Shown piece after piece: positions 12,485-25,513 of a DNA stretch of 64,000 bases. The translations under genes and the position numbers were made by a program. The DNA comes from Eledone cirrhosa. Lineage: Eukaryota. The notes beneath the pieces were generated by a model. The model ran no database searches, was not told the DNA's origin, and was given only the letters and a program-made list of their open reading frames with translations. The stretch is taken from contig OZ024740.1 in assembly GCA_964016885.1 (NCBI GenBank), forward strand, positions 234,732,001-234,796,000. Direction: 5' to 3'. How positions within the stretch are numbered: the stretch's first letter is position 1; every line of letters starts with the position of its first letter.

Positions 12485-15216
12485 TGTAGTGACCCACGTT
12501 CCGCGGGCTCACATACATTCTCTGTGCGTGATTTGGCTCAACTCAGCCAATCAGCGCCAGTAGAAGAGAATGTATCTCTGCGCGCCCTGAGGGAAAAGTT
12601 CCCGCGTTGATTTGAAGAATCAGCCTTTCGCATCCTGAACTTCGAAGGAACAGCACGTACAACATGTGACGGTGAGATTCCATTTTTAGCAGCATAGTAT
12701 ATAAATGTTATTGAGACACGAGTAACATAATAATGATGTCAACAGCAGAAATTAGAGATGAAATGTATGTTTATTTTTGTTGTAGCACAAATAATGTTTG
12801 TTAACTTGTATGGTTGAAGTTACACATAAAATGATGTTACAAAAGGGAATGTGCCATTGTGCCAGGCCCAAGGAAGGCCGGCAGGCCAAAGTGCAAAATC
12901 TCACCGTTACATGTTGTACGTGCTGCTCCTTCGAAGTTCAGGATGCGAGAGGCTGATTCTTCAAATCAATGCGGGAACTTTTCCCTCAGGGCGTGCAGAG
13001 ATACATTCTCTTCTACTGGCGCTGATTGGTTGAGCTGAGCCAAATCACGCACAGAGAATGTATGTGAGCCCGCGAAACGTAGGTCACTACAATACTCCCC
13101 CTCTAGACGTAAGACGATACAGATTATTGAATCAGCAGGAAAAAATGCTGAAAGAGCAAATCAGTGAAAAAAATAATTGAACAGAAGAATGCATGCAAGA
13201 AAAAAATGAGGTGCTAAGGGCCGTGTTGTGCTGCTGTGTCAAATGACTAGCTGTTTTGTAGTTTATACGTGACCACCAAAGGTCTAACAGAAAACGGATA
13301 AAGTCTGACATGGGCGAAGTTGCTGTTCTTACATTAAATGTTAATGGTAAGTAGCTGTGGATGAAGCTATTATGGTAGTTTACCAGTGCTGGCAAGAAGA
13401 TGATGGGTAGGCGAGAAAATGTCGGCCTCCCAGATGTATTGCCGAAAGTGCTAGGCAGCCAGGAAGGAAAAAATGGCTGGTTGCTTTGAAAAGAAAAAAG
13501 CAAGTTGAATCTGTAGGTGGGTAGTAGTTGCAGTGTAAATTCCATAATTCTGGCGAATCCACAGAAGTGGTGGAAATGCTGACAGGTCCAGTTCCATTTA
13601 TTGTTTTCCCAGTGAGTCGGGTAAGGTAACAAGATGGAGGTTGTAATGGATGATGAGTGTGCAACGAGATGCGAAGCTGTTTGAATCCAGCTGCAATTAG
13701 CAGTTCTCGTGTTGCGGTGCCTGTTTGAATCCAGGTGAATTAAGCTCTATGAGTCGCTAGCATGTGTCGGCACCTCAACCAGGTGAAAAGGGATCTCGCA
13801 GAATATTACGTTTGAAGAACATATACTAAGAACAACATGTTGGTGTGTGTCAAAGAAATGTGTGTGCATATGCAGGCATGTAATACAGCAAAGAATATGT
13901 GGGTGCAGTCATATATACAATGATAAAAAAAAAAATGAATTTTCATATAATACAGTTTTTAAAAAATAAATGTCCAAACATTGCCTGTAAAAAAAAGAAA
14001 GAAATAATTGTTTCTTAACACATAGTTCGCTTTTTCTTTTCTTTTGGATTGCTCTTACTAGGAAGCTAGTAGAGTTGTTGTTGTTGTTAAAGCAAAGTCA
14101 CAGTGAATCTTCTGTAGAATCGAAGTCGAGCGTTGAAGAGTCTAGAGTCACCAATATGCCAGTCACGTCTGACGCCATAGTGGTGAGAAGACTGATGTCT
14201 TAATTTCTCGAGTCCCTGTGGTAATGAGATAGCAGGTATGGTGGTTGCGTTGGTAAAGTTACAAGCTGCCACATCGCTATTCCCTGGTGTTGGTTAGTAG
14301 TTAACCATGTGTCGCTGCTGCTGATGTATTTGGTAGTGGTGATAGCCATGTGTTGCTGTTGATGGCTGGTAGTAGAGAAGTACTTCGTGGTAGCCATTTT
14401 GAAATTTCCTCGTGGCGTAAATTTTTTTTATACATACACTGTCAATTTTAATTTCATTTCAAAAGAAATATTTTGAACTGAAAATATTCATCACGTCGGG
14501 GTCACCATTTTTAGCAGCATAGTATATTAATGTTATTGATACACGAGTAACATAATAATTGTTTCTACTTTAGGCACAAGGCCAGCAATTACACAGTACA
14601 TTACTGGTACTTTATTTTATCGACCCCGTAAGGATGAAAGGCAAAGTTAACCTCGGCGGGATTTGAACTCAAACTGTAACATAATAATGATGTCAACAGC
14701 AGAAATTAGAGATGAAATGTATGTTTATTTTTGTTGTAGCACAAATAATTGTTTCTACGTTAGGCACAAGGCCAGCAATTACCCAGTGCATTACTGGTAC
14801 TTTATTTTATCGACCCCATAAGGATGAAAGGCAAAGTCAACCTCAGCGGGATTTGAACTCAGATCGTAAAGGGACGTAACTATGCTGGAAAGCATGGCGT
14901 CCGACACTCTACCGATACTTAATGTTTGTTAACTTGTATGGTTGAAATTACACATAAAATGAGGTTACAAAAGGGAATGTACCATTGTGCCAGGCCCAAG
15001 GAAGGCCGGCAGGCCAAAGTGCAAAATCTCACCATTACATGTACGTGTTCCTCCTTCGAAGTTCAGCATGCGAGAGTCTGATTCTTCAAATCAACGCGGG
15101 AACTTTTCCCTCAGGGCATGCAGAGATACATTCTCTTCTACTGCCGCTGATTGGCTGAGCTGAGCCAAATCACGCACAGAGAATGTATGTGAGCCCGCGG
15201 AACGTAGGTCACTACA
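12485..15216 (-). mobile_element. Non-autonomous LTR retrotransposon (tRNA-Trp PBS) with an extra inverted U3 terminus
   Basis: 5' LTR 14508-15216 (two SINE inserts). PBS 14490-14507 ATCACGTCGGGGTCACCA equals the 3' 18 nt of tRNA-Trp. PPT agagggggagtat next to the 3' LTR 12683-13091. Inverted 195-bp U3 copy at 12485-12679. Flanks GAAG/AAAG. Internal region decayed. Confidence 0.88.
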
Positions 15217-17589
15217 AAAGTACAAAAAGATTTTATGCTGTATAGATTTTATGCGGGTTTAGTCAATGTAACTGAATCAGTATATGACTAGTATTTCCAA
15301 CTTTTTTATTGATATGTTCATCCCCCAAATTTGAGGCAGTGTGCCTATGTTAGAAATCATATGTAGAGCGTCGGACAATATGTTTTGCGGCATAGAGTAA
15401 CGGCCCTTTACCTTCTGAGCTCAAATCTTGCCAAAGTTAGTTTTGCCTTTCATCCTTACGTGGTCGATAAAATAAAGTACCGGTAATGCACGGGGATAAT
15501 TGCTGGCCTTGTGCCTAAAGTAGAAACAATTTTTACGGATTAGTAGAACCAGTAGAGCGTCGGACAACGTACTTAGCGGCATAGAGTTACGTCCCTTTAT
15601 GTTCTGAGTTCAAATCCTGTTCGATTCGATAAAATAAAGTACCAGTAATGCACTGGGATTTAATCGACTTTCCTCTCCCCAAAAATTGCTGGCCTTGTGC
15701 CTAAAGTAGAAACAATTATTATTACAGCAAAAGTTGGCGGACATCCTTCTAATTGATTTCTAATATTATTCAATCAACTGAGGCTTCTCCCAGAAGTTAC
15801 ATACAACCTTACCACTATTAGCACTTGCCTTTAGTTGTCAGGGTAATCCAGGATCTGTGGAATTCCTTGATTGGTTCTAAGTGTCCTCACTATTGAGGAC
15901 TTTTTTTTGTTAGTACATTTTTATTTGTCTGTTGTTATCTCTTGATTTTGTGACTTCCTTTTAACAATATTTTCATATAAAATTCCACTGTGTTATGTTC
16001 TGCCCTTTCTAACTGTCCCCATTGTCTTTGAGACCATGTGGCAAATAATTCTTAGAATCGTTAAGGGCAGTTGATTGGCAGTATTGGTAGTGCATCAAAT
16101 AACATGCTTTGCAGCATATAATTACAGCCCTTTACATTCTGAGTTCAATTCCTGCTACGGTTAGCTTTGCCTTTCATCCGTTCAGGATCAATAAAATAAA
16201 GTACCTGGGGTTGATTTTATCAACTTTCCTCTTCCCTTCAAATTACTGACCTTGTTCCAACATTAGAAACAATTATTAGAATTGTCTTGTGGTATTTGGT
16301 TACAATGCTTTACTTTCCGAGTTCAAATCCTACCAAGGTCAACTTCGCCTTTCATCCTTTCAGGGTTGATAAAATATAATATAGTACCAGCCAAATACTG
16401 GGGTTGATATAATTGGCTTTTCACAAACACAAAATTGCTGGCCTTGTGCCTAAATTAAAAAGCAATATTATTATTATTATTAAGGACAATGAACTGACAT
16501 TTTTGTTTGAGCTCTGTATCCCAAGTTCAATTCTACCATGGTCAACTTTGCTTTCACCCTTCTAGGCTTGATAAAATAAATACCAGTCACCAAATGGGGT
16601 TAATATAATCAAATATGCCCCCCACTGATTTCTGGTTTGGTGGTTGTTAGAAATTATTATTATATCTAACTGATAGATAACCAGTCAAGTGGTAACTGTC
16701 ATCCTATAATCAGTAGCATGCATGCATGGTCTTATAACTCCCGAGGGAGTTGTATGGGCGCCATATTAACATACAGCATTTCTAGGGCATTTTTTAAACC
16801 TGACGGAGTTCAACACAACAGAGAAGGATAAAGAGAGTGAGAGAATGGAAATAAGAAAGTGATATAGAGGAAGAACCAGCCCAGTACTTGACTAGTACTT
16901 TTTTTTATTCACCTCGAAAGGATGAAAGGCAAAGTTGACCATGGCAGGATTTTAACTCAGAGAGCTGAGAGTGGAAATGAATACCGATAAAGTACCTTAC
17001 CTGCCAGTATTTAGTTACATGTGTTACATGCTGAATTCAAATCCTGCACTGGGGTTGATTTAATCAACTTTCCTCTCGCCTGAAATTGTTGGCCTTGTGT
17101 CTAAATCAGAAACCATTATTCGAGGGTGGTGGATTGGCAGTATTGATAGAGCGTCGGACAACATGCTTTGCAGCATATAGTTACGTCTCTTCACATTCTG
17201 AGGTTAGCTTTGCCATGGTTAGCTTTGCCTTTCATCCTTACACAGGGTCAATAAAATAAAGTACCAGTAACACACTTGGTGTCAATAATTGACTTTCCCT
17301 TCCCCCCAAATTGGTGGCCTTGTGCCTAAATCAGAAACCATTATTATAAGAGAATGGTACACATGAAGGTATGTGGCTTAGTGGTTAGGGTTTGGGGCTC
17401 ACATCCATAAGGTCTTGAGTTTCAATACCTGGGCTGAGCAGCATGTTATGTACTTGAGACAGTTCACTCAGCTGGAAAAAATTAGTTGAAAAGACACCAA
17501 GCTGTATTGTACTTTGCCTTTCTCTTAGATAACATCAGTGGCATGGAGAAGGTAGACTGACAAGCATGGGTGGTTACTAATCTTGTGGT

Positions 17590-17905
17590 GTTGGTGGGAG
17601 TGGGAGGATAGGGTAGGGGTAATGGATTGGGGTGTATATTTGGTTAAGAGGTGCCTACTGACTGTAGGTTTCGCTTTGTACATAGGCAAGGCGGATCTTC
17701 TGTATTACTGCGTAGTGCCAGATCTCGATCCAGTGACATTGTCTTAGAGAGGTGCAAGTGTGTAAGGTCGGAATTTATCAGATCGTCCCAGGTTTTTCTG
17801 GGTCTACCTACTCCGTAACTACCATCAATTTTGATTGCCCTGCACTTTTTTATACAGCTGTTGTCTTTCATGCGCATCACGTGGCCATACCAACGTAGTC
17901 TTCTA
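17590..17905 (-). mobile_element. RTE-type LINE 3' fragment ((GAT)n-tail family)
   Basis: RRLRWYGHVMRM..GVGRPRKTWDDLI. Related 5'-truncated 3' ends at about 18775-19183(+), 20830-21230(+), 25618-26025(-), 26551-27062(-), 42609-42880(-), 49379-49617(-), 53033-53510(-), 61098-61263(+), 62500-62752(-). Confidence 0.75.
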
Positions 17906-19544
17906 TATATGTGTGTGCATATATATATATGTGTATGCATATCTATTATATTTGTATTATCTATGTTTACGAAGGGGCATTTTTTATCTTGAATGATAGA
18001 CTTTGAGTTCATAACTATTTGCCTTACTGTCTTCTTGGTTTGAACAAAGTCAATCCGGTTACTATCATCCATTTCCCGATGGTAGATGACCAGACAAATA
18101 ATGACCTTCATCCAGTTTTGTTGGCCATTTTCTGAAACATATTTGCACTTTCATTTATTTTTAAATCTTTCAAAATAGTAGACACGGGTGAGTGGTTAAG
18201 AAGTATACTTCATAATTGTTTCTACCTTTTTGGCACAAGGCCAGCACATACCCAGTACATTACTGGTGCTTTATTTTATCGACCCCGTAAGGATGAAAGG
18301 CAAAGTGAACCTCGGCGGGATTTGAACTCAAACCGTAAAGGGGCGTAACTGCTGGAAAGCATGGCGTCTGACTCTCTACTGATATTTGATCCACTGTCAC
18401 ATCTTGGGCTAGTGTATTTGCCATAGTACCATAACTTCAAGTCAACCCAAGCCATTTAGTAAATGGAAAATGTCTAGAAACCCATCAGAGGATATTACCT
18501 ATAATTCAAAGGGCTAGCCTTGTCACATATTGTGTCGCACAGATTCTCTTTGCTGTCTGCTAGTTACATTAACCCTTTAATCTTCAAACCGGCCAAAACT
18601 GGCCAGAATTATCTACCTCTTTCTGTTGAAACTGGCTGTAACTGGTCGCTCAAACTGATGTTAAGGTATTGTTCTCAAAATAGATACTTTCAAAATCTCA
18701 TAGATTCGATATTATGTGAGATAATTATGCGAGGTAAAGCCTTTACCATGAAAATATAATAGTATATATATACCTTACCCAATTACACCTCTCAAAGGCG
18801 ATGACACACGACCGTGACCTCTGGCGTCACGCAGTAGTACAGAGTACCCGACCTCCCATGGGTATAAGCCAAAGCTGAAGCATATAGACAATATGCCCCC
18901 ACACCCTGCCACTGCAAAGTGGTCGTGGAGGTGCCACGGCAAAAAAGCACCCAGCCCACACTGTAAAGTGGATGTGTAGGTACCACGGCAAAAAAGCACC
19001 CAGCACTCACTGTAAATGAGGTTGGTGTTAGGAAGGGCATCCAGCTGTAGAAATCAAGCCAGAATCAGTTCCCGTATGAGCAAGACAAGGTCAGCCGACT
19101 GGACACTGCCCACAACAGGACAACCCGTCTAACCCATGCTAGCGTGGAAGAACGGACGTAAAATGATGATGATGATGATGATGAGAGTAATGTGAATACT
19201 AAAGGTTTAAGGATACACATACACACACACACATACATATATATTTTCTTCTTCTTTGCCCACTTATTCCTGAGACAGTTGTGTGGTCTTCAAACACTCC
19301 TTCTAATGGGATCTGTCAGAAGCAACCATCTCCAACTGAAGTGGCTGGACCCCCCCCCCCCTCCCAGTGAGACCAGCCAAGCTCATGGATGTTATCCACA
19401 CATTCTTGCTCGGGATCTTCCCCTGGATCTCCTGCCAGTTGGCTTTGCCTGTAAAATCTGTCCACTGTCCAGCGATTCTTTCCTGAGACAATTGAACCAC
19501 ATGCCTATAGTATCAGAGCTGAGTATATATATATATATATATAT

Positions 19545-19930
19545 TTATGAAAATAAACCAAAGAAGCCGTCAATACATCAAAAGTCTTTATTAGCCAACA
19601 ATCTTTCGTCCTATTAAGGACTCATCAGGGCAAGTAAAGCTATAAGAAGCACTATCGGCCAATACAAGCCAAAAACTCAGAAGAATATTCTTCTGAGTTT
19701 TTGGCTTGTATTGGCCGATAGTGCTTCTTATAGCTTTAATTGCCCTGATGAGTCCTTAATAGGATGAAACATTGTAGGCTAATAAAGACTTTTGATGTAT
19801 TGAAGGCTTCTTTGGTTTATTTTCATAATTCTTCGGCTCTGTTTAATTACATTGAGCTATACCTTTACTGTCATTTCTATAATACGAAGAGGGTGTTTAA
19901 CTCCAACACACTCTAGTATTTTAATTCTTA
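19545..19930. mobile_element. Penelope-like pLTR fold-back (284-bp palindrome 19545-19828 plus right-arm extension) within (TA)n
   Basis: Near-perfect palindrome centred at 19686/19687, with a hammerhead motif in each arm and TA runs on both sides. Confidence 0.75.
19742..19779 (+). ncRNA. Minimal type I hammerhead ribozyme (mirror copy 19594-19631 on -)
   Basis: gcc CTGATGA gtcct-taat-aggat GAAA cattg TA ggc: intact core, stem II, short stem III, 3-bp stem I. Confidence 0.7.
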
Positions 19931-19942
19931 TATATATATATA

Positions 19943-20293
19943 TCATCATCATCATCATCATCATTTCATTTTACGTCCGCTTTTTCCCTGCTTGCAAGGG
20001 TGGGACAGGAACTGATTCTGGCTTGATTTCTACAGCTGGATGCCCTTCCTAACACCAACCTCATTTACAGTGAGTGCTGGGTGCTTTTTTGCCGTGGCAC
20101 CTCCACGACCACTTTACAGTGGAATGATAGGGACCCCAGTCCCTATCATCTCATTTCTACAGCTGAGTAAACTGGAGCAACGTGAAATAAAGTGTCTTGC
20201 TCAAGGAAACAACACATCACCCGGTCTGAGAATTGAACTCACAACCTTTCGATTGCAAGGCCAATGCTCTAACCACTAAGCCATGTGCCTCCA
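19943..20293 (-). mobile_element. tRNA-derived SINE, type B, young copy (also 29746-30083 and 41897-42235)
   Basis: Head TGGCTTAGTGGTTAGAGC..GAGTTCAATTC, tail GGACGTAAAA(TGA)n. The three copies are nearly identical. The 29746 copy has the TSD AGGAGAAAAAAATAT. Confidence 0.88.
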
Positions 20294-21527
20294 CTTATAT
20301 ATATTTATAATTCAAATTAACAGATATATTTATATATATATTGTCACATATATAGTTGATAGTGGGTTGATTAAGTTACTTTTGCAACAGATATTGAGGA
20401 CAATTGTGGCCTGAGAAAGTTCACCCTGTTACAGCCAGTACAGTGGGTTGGTTTTAATTTAATTTTATTGTATTATTGTTATTTGGGGAGTATTATAATT
20501 TTGGCTTAGATTTAATACCTGGGTTATAAGTTGCAGATGTTTGTTGATTAGATATTAAGTACATGGTGTGTGGGTTTGTTTGTAATGGATGTCAATTTAA
20601 TCTCTTAAAGGATGTTCTTTGTCACTGAGTAATAGTATTTTCCATGGTGTGTTTTGAGTAGTTTAGGCTTCTTATATTCACTTAGCTATATTTTGTTGTT
20701 TAGTAGAGTTATGTAAGATAAAAGTATATACAGATCATCATCATTTAACGTCCATTTTTCTATGTTAGCATAAATTAGACAAAATACACCCCCGTCCCAC
20801 CCCATCCACACCGCCCCTTTCAATGTAAAGTTATGTTAGTGCCACAACATCCAGGCTGAAATAAATGAGATCGTGTAGGTGTCACGACAAAAAAACACAC
20901 AGTCCACGCTGTAATGTGGCCGTGTAGGCAACACGGTAAAAACCTCCCAGTCCCACACTGTAAATGTGGTTGGTGTTAGGAAGGGCATCCAGCTGTAGAA
21001 AACCCGCCAGACAGTCCACGCTGTAATGTGGCCGTGTAAGCAACACAGTAAAAACCTCCCAGTCCCACACTGTAAATGTGGTTGGTGTTAGGAAGGGCAT
21101 CCAGCTGTAGAAAACCCGCGAGACAGTCCTATGCGAGCAAGACAACCACTCTTGCCTCAAGTGGGAAAACTCCCGTCCAAACCCATACAAGCGTGGAACA
21201 TGGACGTTAAACGATGATGATGATGATGATGTCCCATTGTAAGACAAGTTAGATCAGATTACCATATCTTGTTCACACAAAACTGTTTCTGGTTTGGTTT
21301 CTATGGCTGGATACCCTTCCTAACACCAACCACTTTTACAGTGTGGACTTGGTGCGTTTTACTGTGGTACTAAGACGACCACTTTACAGTGTGTATGTAT
21401 TTCTTTGGGTGTGTATGTGTATATATATATATGTGTGTATGTGTGGAAGGGGTGAGAGAGATGATGATAGTAGTGGTAGTAGTAGTATGAGAAAGAAATT
21501 AATTTTGAAATATTGTTATTGTTTCAG

Positions 21528-21667
21528 AGATCGTTGGTGAAGTTCAGTTGAGGAAATATGGTAAATTTTTGGAAGAATATTCGACCCAGCTGAAAGATAT
21601 TGAAGATGCCCTTGATGATTGTATTGGAGATTCTTGGGATGCTACCCTTGACCCTATCAGTCTACAG
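21528..21667 (+). CDS. WASHC4: WASHC4 coding exon 2
   Basis: ttcag/..[46 protein letters not shown]/gtatgt. Confidence 0.96.
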
Positions 21668-22682
21668 GTATGTATGTTGTTGTTATTGAGTAGCTGTAGT
21701 GGTCAAATATGTTTAAACAGAATTCCACACAAATTCCCTACTACATCTACTTCTTCCTGACAAGGCACTGAGGGAGCCTCTATGTGATCGCTTCCAATGC
21801 TAAAAATAGAAGCTAAATCTCCCTCAATAAACACTCTGCTCTCTTGAAAAGGGCCTGTTCAATAAGATTTGATGGGTTTTCTGCACATGAGAAAACAAGA
21901 TGTGCTGTTCATCTGGGGTTAAACAACAACTTCCTCCCTTTTCATCTACACCACCACCTGGCCCTTAGGTGCCTCCACTGTAGTTTTGCTAAAAATATGA
22001 AAAGCACAACACATAAGATCCACACTAATTGTCTATTCTGTCCAACCCATGCAAGCAGATGGAAAATGATGATAATGATGATGATGATGATGATGATAGG
22101 GGAATTGGTGGAATTTTAAATCACAACATAAAGAGACAACTAAATACTACAAGACATTTTTTTTACCACTCTACTGAATCTACCATCAACCACCCAAATA
22201 ATAATAATTGTTTCTACGTTTGGCACAAGGCCAGCCATTACCCAGTGCATTACTGGTACTTTATTTTATCGACCCCGTAAGGATGAAATAATAATAATAA
22301 TGGTTTCTTATATAGGCACAAGGCCAGCAATTTTTCTGGGAGGAGAAAGTCGATTATATCGACCCCAGTGCGTGACTGGTACTTTATTTTATCGACCCCG
22401 TAAGGATGAAAGGCAAAGTTAACTTCACCATGATTTGAACTCAGATCGTAATGGGCCGTAACTCTATGCTGTAACGCATGATGTCCAATGCTGCCAAACC
22501 ACCATCCAAACCCGGAAGAATGAAAGGCAGACTTGGGTTGGATTTGAAACTAGAATGTAGAGAACCATAACAAAATACATCTGATGCATTAATAATTCTG
22601 CCAATTCTCCATTGTTATGATGATAATATTAATAATATTAATGGTTATATTTCTATTGTCTCTCTTTCTTCTGCCTGCTTAG

Positions 22683-22848
22683 TTTCTACCATATGAACAG
22701 CTGAGTCTTCTAAACCTTATCAATACTAACAATAAGATTCTAAACAAGATCATCAAAGTTCAGGCTAGCCTCTGTGCTGAGATTCAGAGTCTGGAACATG
22801 AAGCCAAGACTAAATTCTTCAATGCTTTGTTATTCTACGGAGAAGGAG
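22683..22848 (+). CDS. WASHC4: WASHC4 coding exon 3
   Basis: ttag/[55 protein letters not shown]/gtgagt. Confidence 0.96.
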
Positions 22849-23725
22849 GTGAGTATTGTCTTTGTTGAGTGATACAGAAAGGATTAGGTGATAAAGAAGA
22901 ATTTTAGGGCATTTAAATGATAGGGACAGTTTTAGTGGTTTAGATCTTAGAGTACTGTTTTAGGGGTGAAGAAATGGGGAATAATAGTTTTATGGTTTGA
23001 TCATGGAGAACATTTTTAGAGGTGAGGTTATAGGGAATATTTTAAGAGGCTGTCATTTAAGAAAATTTGGGGAATTAGAACATTGTTAACAATTTAAGGG
23101 GTTAGATCATAGTGGATTAGATCATAGGTTTTAAGGGTATTTGATCATAGGCAACTGTTTTAGGGGTTATATGTGTTCTACTCGTAGTTATAATCCATCA
23201 TATTCAGTTGACATATACATTAAGTATAGTTTAGTACTTTGTTTTCTATATAGTTTGTGTTTGTACAGATAGTTAACTTGCTCAAAATACACAATATCTT
23301 GCCTGCCATAGAATGAAAGTCATAATCTTCAATGAAGGCATGTGGCTGAGGGGTTAGGGTGTTCAGCTCACAATCGTATGGTTGTGAGTTTGATTCCTAA
23401 ACAAGGCAGTATGTTGTGTCCTTGAGCAAGATGCTTTATTTCATGTTGCTCCAGTCCACTCAGCTGGTAAAAATGAATTGTACCTCTAATTCAAGAGGCT
23501 AGTCTTGTCACACATTGTGTTATGCTGAATCTCCCTGAGAACTACATTAAGGCTACACATGTTGGCGTAATGCTCAGCCACTTACCCATTAATTTCCCAA
23601 GTAGGTACTTCCAGTGGTTAAATCAATTGGAGCACTTCTCTTCAGAAATGGTGGAGAACCAACATCTTATCCAATGACAAAATTGCTTCAAGTGTAACAC
23701 CAATAACCTGTGTATATCAGGATGC

Positions 23726-23993
23726 CAGAGGCGTAACTAGGGTATGGCGCCCATGGCATGAGCCATGGGCGCCACTTGGAGTAGGAGCATGTTCAATTAA
23801 AGTCAGATAAGCCTCGTTGGAGAGTGAAAAAAGAAACTTCTTTAGATGTATGATCTGTCTCTGATTATCATGGATGAGAACACTATGGTGGCTGGGTTAT
23901 TAAACCATTTATATAAATTATTAGGTCCCCTGCTGGGCAGGGGCACAATTTCACTGCTTGCCATAGGCGCTATTTTCCCTAGTTATGCCTCTG
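23726..23993. mobile_element. hAT MITE
   Basis: TIRs CAGAGGCGTAACTAGGG / CCCTAGTTATGCCTCTG. 8-bp TSD CAGGATGC / CATGATGC. Confidence 0.85.
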
Positions 23994-24039
23994 CATGATG
24001 CTATTAGAATATACTGACCTATAACTTCATCAATTGCAG

Positions 24040-24107
24040 AGGTTGATAGCACCCACCCTGAATGTGAATCACAGATACAGATGGGTAGAATGATGCCATT
24101 GTTACAG
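24040..24107 (+). CDS. WASHC4: WASHC4 coding exon 4
   Basis: tgcag/(E)VDSTHPECESQIQMGRMMPLLQ/gtaacc. Confidence 0.93.
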
Positions 24108-24423
24108 GTAACCACTTCTCTTGTTTGGTTTTTGTATATATTTTCTGTTTCATTTATGTTTCTTTTCTTCAAAATCTCCAAACATTATTAATTCCTCAAA
24201 GTGGTGGATTGGCAGTATCGGTAGAGAGTCGGACACCATGCTTTGAAGCATAGAGTTACGTCCCTTTATGATCTGAGTTCAAATCCCGCCGAGGTTAACT
24301 TTGCCTTTCATCCTTACGGGGTCGATAAAATAAAGTACCAGTAATGTACTGGTTAATTGCTGGCCTTGTGCCAAAAATAGAAACAATTATTAATTCCTCA
24401 AAGAACATCAGTTTTCATAAAAG

Positions 24424-24459
24424 CCTCTCTCTCTCTCTATCTCTCTCTGTCATTCTCTC

Positions 24460-24505
<46 letters not shown>

Positions 24506-24658
24506 ACACTTCTCTCTCATCTCTCTCACTTATCTTCCTTATCTCACTCCTCCCTCTATCTCTATCTCCCTTCTCTCTCTCTCTCACACACATACACACT
24601 TCTCTCTCATCTCTCTCACTTATCTTCCTTATCTCACTCCTCCCTCTATCTCTCTCTT

Positions 24659-24717
<59 letters not shown>
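24424..24717. repeat. (CT)n/(CA)n compound microsatellite with an internal duplication
   Basis: Directly visible. Confidence 0.95.
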
Positions 24718-24721
<4 letters not shown>

Positions 24722-25070
24722 ATTGGTGAGAGGCGCTAGATAGCCCACATGAAGACAAAGTCTGCTATCTCTACATGAAGTATAGATGCACCACATGAAG
24801 ACAAAGACACTCTTGAAAGACCACATGAAACAGAGACTCACTCCAGACTTTGTCTTCATATGATGCATTTACATTGTAGAGGCATCGTATGAAGATAAAG
24901 TCTGATATCCCTACATGTAATCTAGATAAACTACATGAAAACAAAGAAATTCTAGAACTCCCTTCTTCTGAATAATGGCCTGGGAACCATTATTTTTAAG
25001 CCCCAAATTTGTGCTTACTTACAAAGTTCCATACCTATTCTGTAAAGAATTCTCAGGTTTTTCAGTTTAA

Positions 25071-25290
25071 CCCTTTAGCATTTACATTACTCCATATATA
25101 CTATTGTATTTTAGCACTACAGGCTTTATCTCACATAATATTTCACATAATATTGAATCTATGAGATTTTGATATTATTTATTTTAAGAACAACACCTTA
25201 AAATCAGTATGAGTGGCCACTTACAGTCGGTTTGAACAGAAAGGGGTGAGAGAATTCTGGCCAGATATGACCAGTTTAAATGCTAAAGGG
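25071..25290. mobile_element. piggyBac-type MITE (relatives at 18573-19207, 43146-43338, 44134-44348)
   Basis: TTAA|CCCTTTAGCATTTA...TAAATGCTAAAGGG|TTAA. Confidence 0.88.
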
Positions 25291-25430
25291 TTAACAAAAT
25301 ACATTAAATGTACTGATCCTTTATTAACCCCTAACCCTAACCTTTCTTCTTTGTATGGAAACACATTGGAGATTATGTTGGAAAGTTGTTTTCTAAAGTG
25401 AATAACAAAATTATGTAAATTCTTTAACAG

Positions 25431-25513
25431 GAGCTGTCATGTTTTGTGATGCGGGTTTATGAAGTAGTAAAGAATACAATCCATCAACTCACCTGCCTCT
25501 ACAGTCCACCAAA
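25431..25513 (+). CDS. WASHC4: WASHC4 coding exon 5
   Basis: aacag/ELSCFVMRVYEVVKNTIHQLTCLYSPP(K)/gtaagt. Confidence 0.95.

Noticed and set aside
20391-20446. Possible extra WASHC4 exon after tttgcaacag
   Set aside because: Exons 1 and 2 already join in phase and match the known protein without a gap, and the donor is weak.
25325-25342. (TAACCC)n telomeric seed
   Set aside because: Fewer than three imperfect units, compatible with chance.
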